From a virus (taxonomy: Duplodnaviria > Heunggongvirae > Uroviricota > Caudoviricetes): a stretch of 64,000 nucleotides of DNA. A model generated the notes under the pieces. It was given only the letters and a program-made list of their open reading frames with translations, ran no database searches and was not told where the DNA came from. Shown one piece after another: positions 39,741-48,130 of the stretch; within the stretch, counting starts at the first letter, position 1, and every line of letters begins with the position of its first letter. The stretch spans positions 91,477 to 155,476 of the IMG/VR virus record IMGVR_UViG_3300010998_000001, one strand, 5' to 3'. The position numbers were made by a program, and so were the translations under genes.

Positions 39741-41654
39741 ATGATGAACGTAACGATCAATGAGAAGATGAACGGGATCGAGCTTCGCTTTGATGGCAAG
39801 CCGGAGCGGGATGTTCTTACCGCGCTGAAGGCTAATGGTTTCTGTTGGAGCAATCGCCAGAAGATGTGGTACGCGAAGAATACCGACGAGCGCATGGAGT
39901 TTGTGACCGCGCTTGGCGAGGGTGATATTTCTTATGAGAAAAACGAGAAAACAAACTCAAGCTTGACTTATGACCTTTGGGCAATGACCCGCGTTGATGA
40001 TCTGATTCCCGGTAAGTCTTATACGGATCGTCTTGGAAGCGGTATGAGTTGCAAGGAAATCGCCGCGATTATTCGCAAGCATATCCGCGCCCGTTTCCCG
40101 ATGTGTAAGTTCTCCGTTACCAGCGATTACAATAGCATCAACATTGATCTCCTGGCTGGCCCTTGGGCGAAGGATAGTGGCGAGATCGCCGCGATTGCAG
40201 AGTATGTCTATCGCTTCACCCGGCAGTATAACTATGACAATAGCGACAGCATGAGTGATTATTTCGATGTCGGCTTTTATGGTGTGTATGGCGCTTCCAG
40301 CATCCTCTCTTACCATTACGAGCAGCGGGAGCAGACTGTGGCCGAGATGAACATTGCCGCCGAGTTCCAGCAGCAGCGCGAGGCGTATGAGGTTCGGAAA
40401 GCCAAAGAGGAAAGGGAAAAGCTTGAGCGCCGCATGAAGGAGCTTGAGATTGAGCGAGAGAAGGCCGCGATCCGTGCCGAAGAAGAGAAACGCGAGATTG
40501 CCGCCATTGAGAACGGCTCTCAGGTTTCCGATTGCGATTTCTGGTGCGACAACCTTTGGACTACCAATATCAACAAGCTTGATTCTGCGGCGGCTTATGA
40601 GCGTTACCGTGATAGCGAAGAGGAATGCATTGAGATTAACCGCGAGACTTGCCATGTTGTGCGTGGTGTGAATATGAGTGCCGAGATTTATGCTATGTTC
40701 TCCCGCCATCTTCTTTCTGATTTCTCCTTCCTTGAGCATATGGGCGGGACTAGCACGGATGATCTTCGCATCACTTCCGACCTGGATTATGTGCGCATGA
40801 GCAAGGAAGAGCGCGAGAGTGTCAAGTTTTATTGCGATAAGTGCGTGGCTATTTATTGCGCCAAAGAAAATTCGTCGGATTGTGAACTGAAAATGGTGGT
40901 TGATCCCCAGGGCTTTAGCTATGCGCGTTATGTGTATTTCGTGGATGAGGAATCCGACGTGGATTGTAGCCACGATGCCGAGGCCAATCGCGGCATTACC
41001 TATGAAGAGCTTGAGGATAACAAAGTTGCCGCCGATGGTCTTGAGGATGCCAGCACGGAAGTTATCATGGACAATGATATGGTTGGCACTTGGAACAAGG
41101 AACGGCGCGAGGAATACAAAATCAAGTTTGTGGAGTATCTGAAAGATCATCCTATGCGTTTTGATGCTGCCGCGATCCGCGCCATGGAGAATAGGGAGCT
41201 GAAGGAAATGCTCTATGATATTCTCAATAGTCCGCTGAATGCCGTGTATCAGTTTTCGGTTTCTGGCCTGAATCCTGGTGATAAGTTCTCTCTGTTCCGC
41301 ATTGGCGATTTCGGAATGTTTGAGAAAATCTATGGCGTATTTGTCGGATACGAGGTTAAGAAGTATGCGCAGTATGATAACGCTGTTTGCCTGATGTTCA
41401 AGCGCGAGCATGGCCGCACGGTGTATCAGATGTATATTTACCGTGACTGTCTGATTTATAAGGACTGGCTTGAGCTGCCGGAGGGGCTGTTTTGGGAAGA
41501 GCTTGAAAGCTCTTCGGGGCTTTGCACGATCAAGCATGGTAAGTTTATGTCATGCGACAATCAGCAGTATGATGTGACTATGGATTATCTCGCGGAGCAT
41601 GAGCATTATCCTGTTGTGAACACCTATAAGCCGATCTTTAAGCGCTGCGTATGA
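39741..41654 (+). CDS. Large hypothetical protein (637 aa) with a central charged coiled-coil; visibly more GC-rich than its neighbours
   Basis: RBS aaaggag. The N-terminus reads NGIELRFDGKPERDVLTALKANGFCWSNRQKMWYA. A long shadow ORF on the opposite strand is consistent with the higher G+C. Confidence 0.5.
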   Translation: MMNVTINEKMNGIELRFDGKPERDVLTALKANGFCWSNRQKMWYAKNTDERMEFVTALGEGDISYEKNEKTNSSLTYDLWAMTRVDDLIPGKSYTDRLGSGMSCKEIAAIIRKHIRARFPMCKFSVTSDYNSINIDLLAGPWAKDSGEIAAIAEYVYRFTRQYNYDNSDSMSDYFDVGFYGVYGASSILSYHYEQREQTVAEMNIAAEFQQQREAYEVRKAKEEREKLERRMKELEIEREKAAIRAEEEKREIAAIENGSQVSDCDFWCDNLWTTNINKLDSAAAYERYRDSEEECIEINRETCHVVRGVNMSAEIYAMFSRHLLSDFSFLEHMGGTSTDDLRITSDLDYVRMSKEERESVKFYCDKCVAIYCAKENSSDCELKMVVDPQGFSYARYVYFVDEESDVDCSHDAEANRGITYEELEDNKVAADGLEDASTEVIMDNDMVGTWNKERREEYKIKFVEYLKDHPMRFDAAAIRAMENRELKEMLYDILNSPLNAVYQFSVSGLNPGDKFSLFRIGDFGMFEKIYGVFVGYEVKKYAQYDNAVCLMFKREHGRTVYQMYIYRDCLIYKDWLELPEGLFWEELESSSGLCTIKHGKFMSCDNQQYDVTMDYLAEHEHYPVVNTYKPIFKRCV

Positions 41655-41770
41655 AAACCTTACTCATCATTTGTGTGTGTCTGTTCTGTGTATCATCCAC
41701 CTTTGTTTGGTACGCAGAACAGAAGATAAACGAGTTAAAACCAAATCGAAAAAGGAGAAAGAGACAACGC

Positions 41771-42169
41771 ATGAAAAAGAAAGACGTTCCCACCTTGCAG
41801 GAATTGGCCGTGTTTCTGCGAAATGCGGCGTATGCCAATAATCATAATCTCTATATTGACTGGAATCTAAGTATCATCCATCCAAAGCTCCCGAATGGTG
41901 ACATTGGTTATACTGGCGGTATTTGGTTCCGATCAATCAGCAAGGAATATCAAGAGGAAGTCTATGCAAATAGGGGAACGGATAAACATGTTTCCATTTC
42001 CTTCTCCTATGCGGAGAGCCAGGGCATTACCAATTTCCAATACTTTACGGATGATGACAAGGTATCATATGAGAGCATTGAATTTGAGGCTTTCAAGAAG
42101 ATTGTGATTGATGCTTTCCATATTAAAAAGCTTTATTGTCCTCCTAGCGAGAGGAAGGAAAACAAATAA
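41771..42169 (+). CDS. Hypothetical protein (alternative start for track ORF 41651)
   Basis: RBS aaaaggag. Confidence 0.35.
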   Translation: MKKKDVPTLQELAVFLRNAAYANNHNLYIDWNLSIIHPKLPNGDIGYTGGIWFRSISKEYQEEVYANRGTDKHVSISFSYAESQGITNFQYFTDDDKVSYESIEFEAFKKIVIDAFHIKKLYCPPSERKENK

Positions 42170-42513
42170 TGGAAGATAGAACAATCAAGTTTATACGCGC
42201 CATTAAAGGTGGAATAGAATTTCGCCCGACGATTGAAGAGACGGCAGTAGCGTTTATGTCTGATTATTCTGGCGTTCCTGAAAGCCGTTATACCAATGAT
42301 TTGCTTTTCAAAATTGTCAAAGATTTCTTTCTTGACTTTCTGAAAACTGCGGATAACCCGTCTTTTGAAATGTGGCGTTTCTTTGATGTGAAGTATAAGG
42401 CATTTGAAACAAGAGATGATACTTATGCTATGCTGGTGACTATGCAGCTCGCGCAAGTGCGTAATGACGATGGATATGTCAATGGTTTTCGTGATTTGGA
42501 AACCGTCAAATGA
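42169..42513 (+). CDS. Hypothetical protein (114 aa)
   Basis: RBS gaggaagga. Confidence 0.4.
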   Translation: MEDRTIKFIRAIKGGIEFRPTIEETAVAFMSDYSGVPESRYTNDLLFKIVKDFFLDFLKTADNPSFEMWRFFDVKYKAFETRDDTYAMLVTMQLAQVRNDDGYVNGFRDLETVK

Positions 42514-42596
42514 AATGTGAGTTTTATCGGCAAAAAATATCAATATATAGTGGAGTGGTAATGTTATAACCACAATATATAGTGGAGGCGAAGAAG

Positions 42597-42782
42597 ATGC
42601 GAGTACGAAGGATGACAATGGCCGAGGGAATGCGGTGGAATCTGTCTCAATACCCGAATTTTTCAGCTACGGGAAGCATTCGCGGCATGAAAGAGAAGTA
42701 TTACGGCAAAGATGCTTTGCTTGTTCGCTGCGGTGGTTTCATCTATAAGGTTCCGGCGAATGTTTATTATGCTGCCTCTTAA
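42597..42782 (+). CDS. Small basic protein
   Basis: RBS ggaggcg. Confidence 0.35.
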   Translation: MRVRRMTMAEGMRWNLSQYPNFSATGSIRGMKEKYYGKDALLVRCGGFIYKVPANVYYAAS

Positions 42783-42800
42783 AGAAAAACAAAATAATGC

Positions 42801-42852
42801 TTGACAACTGCTAATTAGTATGCTATAATACAACCATAGTAAATGAGTTACT
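42801..42852 (+). promoter_or_regulatory. Sigma70 promoter with the AGTAAATGAGTTACT operator, driving the integrase
   Basis: ttgaca 42801-06, tataat 42824-29, palindrome 42838-52. Confidence 0.55.
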
Positions 42853-42870
42853 AATTAGGAGGTAACGATC

Positions 42871-43830
42871 ATGGCACAGACGGCAAGAAAGATGGACGAG
42901 AGCGGAATCATTAACTTCTTTGATTTCTGTGAGCCGCGCCAGGAAGCAGAACAGGACAAAGCTCCGAAACTCAAGAAGGATGGCACTCCTAAAACCATCG
43001 TTTGCAACAAGAAGAGGGGCCGTAAGTCTGAGGTTTACACTCTTGAAATTGCGGACATGAAGAAAATCATTCGTTATTTTGAGGACACCGGGCGCTGGAT
43101 TCATTACCTTCTTTTCGTGATGAGCTGCAACATGGCTCGCCGCGTTGGTGATACTCTCAATCTCCGCTGGTGCAACTTCTATAATGAAGATGGTTCTTTC
43201 CGCAGAGATATTTTTGAGATCGTCGAGGATAAGACCGATAAGCTGGCGAATCCTCATATCAATTCCGCAGTAAGAGCCGCTATTCAGAAGTACATTGAAA
43301 TGACTGGCTGCGATCCTGCCGCGAATGAGTATCAAAACTATGTGTTCCTTCAGTTATCCGGCACACACAAGGGGGCGGTTCTTAGCTACAGCGCGTATAT
43401 GAAGGCTCTGAAAAAGGCGGGAGAGGAAGTCGGTATTGAGTACAATATCGGTACGCACAGCCCTCGCAAAACCTTTGGTATGATGTCCCGTATGCTTCAT
43501 CCCAATGACTATGACAGCATGGAGCTGTTGCAGACTGTTTTCAATCACTCCGATACCAAGACCACGAAACATTACATTGGCTTGACGAAGAAGAAGATTG
43601 ACCAGTATTATGATGATATGGGCGCGTTCTTTGATGCATATGTTACTGGCGACCAGGAATATATCGCGGTCAGCGATAAGCCGATTATCAGCATTGACAT
43701 AAATGATATGCGTGATCTTCTGATGGCTGCTATCAAGGCTGGCTTTGAATCCGGCAAAAACGGCGATCCAGCTTCCATGATGGACAAGTTTAATGAAATG
43801 ATGGAAATGCTGGATACCATGAGAAAGTGA
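42871..43830 (+). CDS. int: Tyrosine recombinase / phage integrase
   Basis: ARRVGDTLNLRW (Arg I), GTHSPRKTFG (His-x-x-Arg) and HSDTKTTKHYIGL (catalytic Tyr). Confidence 0.75.
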   Translation: MAQTARKMDESGIINFFDFCEPRQEAEQDKAPKLKKDGTPKTIVCNKKRGRKSEVYTLEIADMKKIIRYFEDTGRWIHYLLFVMSCNMARRVGDTLNLRWCNFYNEDGSFRRDIFEIVEDKTDKLANPHINSAVRAAIQKYIEMTGCDPAANEYQNYVFLQLSGTHKGAVLSYSAYMKALKKAGEEVGIEYNIGTHSPRKTFGMMSRMLHPNDYDSMELLQTVFNHSDTKTTKHYIGLTKKKIDQYYDDMGAFFDAYVTGDQEYIAVSDKPIISIDINDMRDLLMAAIKAGFESGKNGDPASMMDKFNEMMEMLDTMRK

Positions 43831-43839
43831 GGAAACACA

Positions 43840-44115
43840 ATGAATCCGAAGCGTTACGCGGAGCTGCTTGAGTTCATCCAAAAGAATAATGGATGGGGGC
43901 CGAGCATGGCAAAGAGTCTTTACCAGAAAAAGCGACGGTGTTTCAAATATGTAACCGCTGATTTTGATACAAGAACTGGCCGAGTATGGAGGATTGTCCT
44001 CAGAAGTGGATTGCCGGAGCGTGAAAAAGAATTTCTTGTTAATACGCAGGATGATGTGTATGCTCTATATGAGTATCTGAATACGCCCTATGAGGCTTCT
44101 GACGAGGCGACATGA
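43840..44115 (+). CDS. Hypothetical protein (91 aa)
   Basis: RBS gaggaaac. Confidence 0.4.
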   Translation: MNPKRYAELLEFIQKNNGWGPSMAKSLYQKKRRCFKYVTADFDTRTGRVWRIVLRSGLPEREKEFLVNTQDDVYALYEYLNTPYEASDEAT

Positions 44116-44309
44116 AAGAATATAAGGGAATACCAAAGAACGATATAGGCTGGGTGGAAATCCGCACAGACAGTGGCGATCTGTATTACATCACATCTAA
44201 GAAAGATCGGGAGGTATATTATCTTTATAAGATCGAAGATGATACGGCAAAGCTCATGGGTCAGTCTCAAAATCCATTGAAGCTAGAGGAAAAGTTTATA
44301 AGAAGATAA
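44112..44309 (+). CDS. Hypothetical protein (65 aa)
   Basis: ORF track. Confidence 0.35.
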   Translation: MKEYKGIPKNDIGWVEIRTDSGDLYYITSKKDREVYYLYKIEDDTAKLMGQSQNPLKLEEKFIRR

Positions 44310-44320
44310 CAAACTAAAAC

Positions 44321-44370
44321 TTGACAAAAACATAACTTTGTGATATTCTACATATAGTAACTGAGTTACT
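44321..44370 (+). promoter_or_regulatory. Sigma70-like promoter with the near-perfect palindrome AGTAACTGAGTTACT, driving the MazF-like gene
   Basis: ttgaca 44321-26; palindrome 44356-70. Confidence 0.5.
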
Positions 44371-44470
44371 AAATATAACTGAAAGGAAGGCGATGTGTAG
44401 GCGTAATGCTGGCATATCCTCCACAGAGGCGTAGGCTTTGCCTACATAGCGCCGATGTGGGTATTCCAGA

Positions 44471-44854
44471 ATGTACGAACAGAGTTATGTTAAGCGTCCC
44501 AAGTGCGGCGAGATTTGGATGTGTAACCTTACATCCAAAGAGGGAAGTATTCAGAGCGGGTATCGCCCAGTTTTCATTCTCTCCAACAATAAGAATAACA
44601 CATATAGTCCTACGCTGAATGTGATTCCTCTGACTACGAAGATGAACAAGAGAAGTCTGCCTGTTCATGTGGAGCTTTGGGAATACCGGGCGTATGGATT
44701 GAAAGCACCTAGCACTATGCTTATCGAGCAGATTACGACGGTTCCCGCAGAGAACATGCAGCACTATGTCGGCAAGATTGCGGATCAGAATACACTTGCC
44801 AACATTCGCACGGCCATGAGTGTACAGTTCCCTATCATTTCTCTTGCGGTATAG
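44471..44854 (+). CDS. MazF/PemK-family endoribonuclease toxin homolog with no adjacent antitoxin ORF
   Basis: KRPKCGEIWMCNLTSKEGSIQSGYRPVFILS...VIPLTTK... matches the MazF/Kid N-terminal pattern. The start-codon context is weak. Confidence 0.6.
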   Translation: MYEQSYVKRPKCGEIWMCNLTSKEGSIQSGYRPVFILSNNKNNTYSPTLNVIPLTTKMNKRSLPVHVELWEYRAYGLKAPSTMLIEQITTVPAENMQHYVGKIADQNTLANIRTAMSVQFPIISLAV

Positions 44855-44924
44855 AAAATAACATAATAATGCTTGACATTATCCTTTAGGTGTGATACAT
44901 TTACTTTAAATGGAGGATGATGTT

Positions 44925-45947
44925 ATGCAGACAATTCCTACAAAACAGTTGATCGACGAATACATTGATTCGGAGTTCGGCCAGGATGAAATAACTTTGT
45001 ATAAGGTTCGCGGAGGCATAGATCGAAAAGAGATATATGAGTATGAAGCCAAGATTGGGAAACAGCTCATGGATTTCACCGAAGATGAGATCATCGATAT
45101 GGTATGCACTTTGCAAAATGGCAGAGTTACCAGTCGCGGTGAAGGTGTGTCTTTACTGACGTACAAGAACTTTTTGTCTCGGCTGAGAGGAATTTTTAAT
45201 TACTACATCGAGCATTATGAAGTAATCCGAAATCCGATGAATAGTAAATCCATGCGCGGCGCGGCTGCGCTGGACAAGATTTCAGAGCGAGTTATTAAAC
45301 CATATTCATATGAGGATGTTGAACAACTGATCGCTTATGCACACATGGATGATACGCCAGAGATGGGCGATTGGTTGGAATGTGTGATACTTCTCTTTTA
45401 TAGTGGCTGTCCTTCTCCGCAAGAGCTTACGCGCATTAAAGAGGACATGATCGATTTCAATGCTAATGAAATCCATATGGCGAATGGAGTGACTATCCAT
45501 CCCTCTGCAAGATGCTTGTATCTCTTCAAAAAAGTTCATGAGATGGAAATTGTCATGGGCGGCAAGGGGCGCGGAGTAGGTCAATACCTTATGTATCAGT
45601 ATAAGGATTACTATATGCGCTATCTGATAGTTCCAGGAATGGAATATGAATATAACCAAAGGGAAGAGGAAGTTCTATCAGAGCTAGCAAACAAGATCAA
45701 TCAACAGTTCGCAAAAAGACTTTCCTCGAAGTACAATGTCAAAGCAAGCCCGCGCCAGATATACTTGTTAGGTTTTTATGATTATATGGTAAATAATCTT
45801 GGGCTTGATGAAACGAACGACATTATTTTATCTCAAAGAGATAAGTCAAAGTCTGATATTTTTGTTAGTATGGCGGATCAGTATGGAGTGAACCGCTGCA
45901 ACATTACAGAAATGCGGAATAAGATGCGGCCATTTGTAAGACATTAA
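44925..45947 (+). CDS. Hypothetical protein with distant, probably inactive integrase-like features
   Basis: Own sigma70 promoter at 44867-44895. LLFYSGCPSPQELTRIK sits where a recombinase Arg box would be. No clear catalytic Tyr. Confidence 0.3.
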   Translation: MQTIPTKQLIDEYIDSEFGQDEITLYKVRGGIDRKEIYEYEAKIGKQLMDFTEDEIIDMVCTLQNGRVTSRGEGVSLLTYKNFLSRLRGIFNYYIEHYEVIRNPMNSKSMRGAAALDKISERVIKPYSYEDVEQLIAYAHMDDTPEMGDWLECVILLFYSGCPSPQELTRIKEDMIDFNANEIHMANGVTIHPSARCLYLFKKVHEMEIVMGGKGRGVGQYLMYQYKDYYMRYLIVPGMEYEYNQREEEVLSELANKINQQFAKRLSSKYNVKASPRQIYLLGFYDYMVNNLGLDETNDIILSQRDKSKSDIFVSMADQYGVNRCNITEMRNKMRPFVRH

Positions 45948-46100
45948 AGGCATTGCCGCCAATAGGCGGCTTTGCTAAAACTTAAAAGAGAAAAACAAAC
46001 TAAGTATTGACAAACGATGTGCGATATGGTATAATACTTGACAGATGGAGATTGACTTTCTCCAATATGAAAAAACAAACTAAAGGAAGAAGGGGAACAA

Positions 46101-46715
46101 ATGTCTGAGTTTGTAATTGTTGGCAACGATGGCAGCTATATGAAACAGGAGGGACAGGCATATCGTCCCGTTGGCTTGCTGTCACAGGCTACGCGCTGGC
46201 AGAACAAACAGAAAGCCGAAAATGTCCTGCGAAGCTGTATCAACAAGAATCTTAGGCCACGTTATCACGTTGATCTCGTTCCTGGTACTGCCAACAATTT
46301 TGCTATGAGCGCGGCCAAAGAGCAAGAGATGATTAATATTGGTGCGACGGTGATCGAGGATGGACAGATTGATAAGTGGGCGGCAGATATTGATTCCTTT
46401 GCCACGTTCATCGATGAAACGGAGACACGTCGGGGGCAACTTGATGAGAAGCTGTCCAGCATAGATAAACAGATTACAGACATCTGTCATTACATAGAGT
46501 TCGGTAAATACAATGCGTATCAAGGCTGGCTCATCACCAATATGCTGAGAAACAGATTGCAGCAGCGGCGCAAGGTCAAGAATGAGTTACTTTTTCTTCA
46601 CGATCTTATGCGGTGCAATGTCGATGGCTCTATGATTGACACAATGAAGAATACAATGCGAAAGATTAAGGAACTTGAATATAAGCCAAGGGTGCTTTCT
46701 CAGCTATTCAAGTGA
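46101..46715 (+). CDS. Hypothetical protein (204 aa)
   Basis: RBS ggaagaagggg. A sigma70 promoter lies at 46006-46036. Confidence 0.45.
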   Translation: MSEFVIVGNDGSYMKQEGQAYRPVGLLSQATRWQNKQKAENVLRSCINKNLRPRYHVDLVPGTANNFAMSAAKEQEMINIGATVIEDGQIDKWAADIDSFATFIDETETRRGQLDEKLSSIDKQITDICHYIEFGKYNAYQGWLITNMLRNRLQQRRKVKNELLFLHDLMRCNVDGSMIDTMKNTMRKIKELEYKPRVLSQLFK

Positions 46716-46725
46716 GGGAGAAAAA

Positions 46726-47214
46726 ATGAAACTATCGAATATCAGAATTTTGCCGTACTTTCAGCGAACACCGCCTTCTGAAATAAAGATGGATATGTGC
46801 CGTACTTATTTCAAAAACCACGGAGTTCTTGACAGAGAGATCATCCTGGATCATCGTTTGACTCTCACAGATGGTTATGTCGGCTATCTCGTTTTGAAGG
46901 AGAATGGGATCGAAGATGTAGATTCCTATGTAAGAGTAGAGGCAAGAGCGGCAGATTCGCGTCCGGTGAATCCACCGTATTGGACACAGGAAACGACTTA
47001 TGTATTCGGTAAACATCCGAATTGCGACAAAGAATATGTTTGGCGTATCAAAAAGTCAAATAAATCTGTCGATGAGTTTATGCGCGTCGGGGGCAAGGCC
47101 ATTGTAAGTACCCGTAATGGCAACAAGGTAATTACGATCACGCGAATTGAAACGATGAATCATTCTCCGACAAATAGAATTGTAAAGAAGGTGATCCGAT
47201 GCTTGCCAGAGTGA
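46726..47214 (+). CDS. ParB/Srx-like N-terminal domain protein
   Basis: NIRILPYFQRTPPSEIK...LTDGYVGYLVL resembles the ParB nuclease/NTPase fold. Confidence 0.4.
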   Translation: MKLSNIRILPYFQRTPPSEIKMDMCRTYFKNHGVLDREIILDHRLTLTDGYVGYLVLKENGIEDVDSYVRVEARAADSRPVNPPYWTQETTYVFGKHPNCDKEYVWRIKKSNKSVDEFMRVGGKAIVSTRNGNKVITITRIETMNHSPTNRIVKKVIRCLPE

Positions 47215-47226
47215 AGAAATTTTTGT

Positions 47227-47445
47227 TTGACATCACGCCACGGATTTATCGCTTGCCGACTGTTACATATATACGCTGGATGGATAAAGAGTTCATCATT
47301 AATCGGAGCTTTTGATATGGGCGACGAAATGCGAAAAGATGATTGGCAAGAGCCAATTTATAATGACAGATATATAGTGCATCACGAGGACGGCACAAGC
47401 GAAGTATATGATATGAGTGGCAACCAAATTATTTATCATACATAA
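47227..47445 (+). CDS. Small hypothetical protein (the real start may be at 47317)
   Basis: ORF track. Confidence 0.3.
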   Translation: MTSRHGFIACRLLHIYAGWIKSSSLIGAFDMGDEMRKDDWQEPIYNDRYIVHHEDGTSEVYDMSGNQIIYHT

Positions 47446-47453
47446 TAGGTAGG

Positions 47454-47750
47454 TTGGAAAAAATGAAACATAGAGAAAAGAAGTATAAGAAACTGCGGCG
47501 GTTTATGAAGAAGCAGGGAACCAATTTTGGAGAGAACTATGTTGTTTATAACCAGGTGACACGCATGAACAACATTATGATGCCAGCCGTCGTTGGTGGT
47601 CAGAAGATTGTCACGAACGGATATGACGAGCTGGATGCCGTGAGGAAATATTACAAGCTGTGGCGCGATAGTATTCGGATGCAAAAGAAGATGGCAGAGA
47701 TAGTAAAGAGAGAAGATCGCCATATGCGATACTTAGAGAAGAACAAGTAA
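47454..47750 (+). CDS. Hypothetical basic protein (98 aa)
   Basis: RBS taggtagg. Confidence 0.4.
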   Translation: MEKMKHREKKYKKLRRFMKKQGTNFGENYVVYNQVTRMNNIMMPAVVGGQKIVTNGYDELDAVRKYYKLWRDSIRMQKKMAEIVKREDRHMRYLEKNK

Positions 47751-47812
47751 TTAAAACGGGATTTTATCTGCATGGTTTTAGGGCGTTTTTACAAAATATC
47801 TAATAAAAAGAC

Positions 47813-47850
47813 CTAAACCCCTTGCGCCCCAAGGGTTTGCGGACTTGAAA
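47813..47850. terminator. GC-rich hairpin (AAACCCCTTG-CGCC-CCAAGGGTTT) with a downstream T-run; candidate intrinsic terminator between operons
   Basis: Direct reading. The T-run is ~10 nt removed from the stem. Confidence 0.4.
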
Positions 47851-47919
47851 ATATTTTTATTGTAAAAATGCTATTTTCAATAAAATGCAAATTTGATTTT
47901 AGCCATTCGGAGGAATATA

Positions 47920-48117
47920 ATGTGTAGCTGTTATTATGATTTTGACACAAGAAAAAGAAACACGAAGGATAGGCTTGAGGATTATCTTGTAGGCCATGGT
48001 TTTATATATGAATTGTTTGACCGCGGCGGCGCAGGAAATCCAAATTGGCACTTTGAAATCCTTCTAAGTGACAATGATGTGCCAGTTGTCAACCACTACT
48101 TAAATCAAATTGCCTAA
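47920..48117 (+). CDS. Small protein (65 aa) immediately upstream of the nucleotidyltransferase
   Basis: RBS cggaggaa. Confidence 0.35.
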   Translation: MCSCYYDFDTRKRNTKDRLEDYLVGHGFIYELFDRGGAGNPNWHFEILLSDNDVPVVNHYLNQIA

Positions 48118-48130
48118 TAGGAGATAATAA

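Noticed and set aside
39957-41537. A 526-aa minus-strand ORF, plus similar long antisense ORFs at 28955-30250, 36054-38157, 24947-25663, 51782-52915 and 60925-61908
   Set aside because: They run antisense to RBS-supported, operon-organised plus-strand genes, have low-complexity composition and lack start contexts. They are shadow ORFs.
44393-44470. A 13-codon ORF (MCRRNAGISSTEA) and the 70-aa track ORF 44406-44618, considered as a MazF antitoxin
   Set aside because: One is too short and has no antitoxin features. The other overlaps mazF out of frame and has no RBS.
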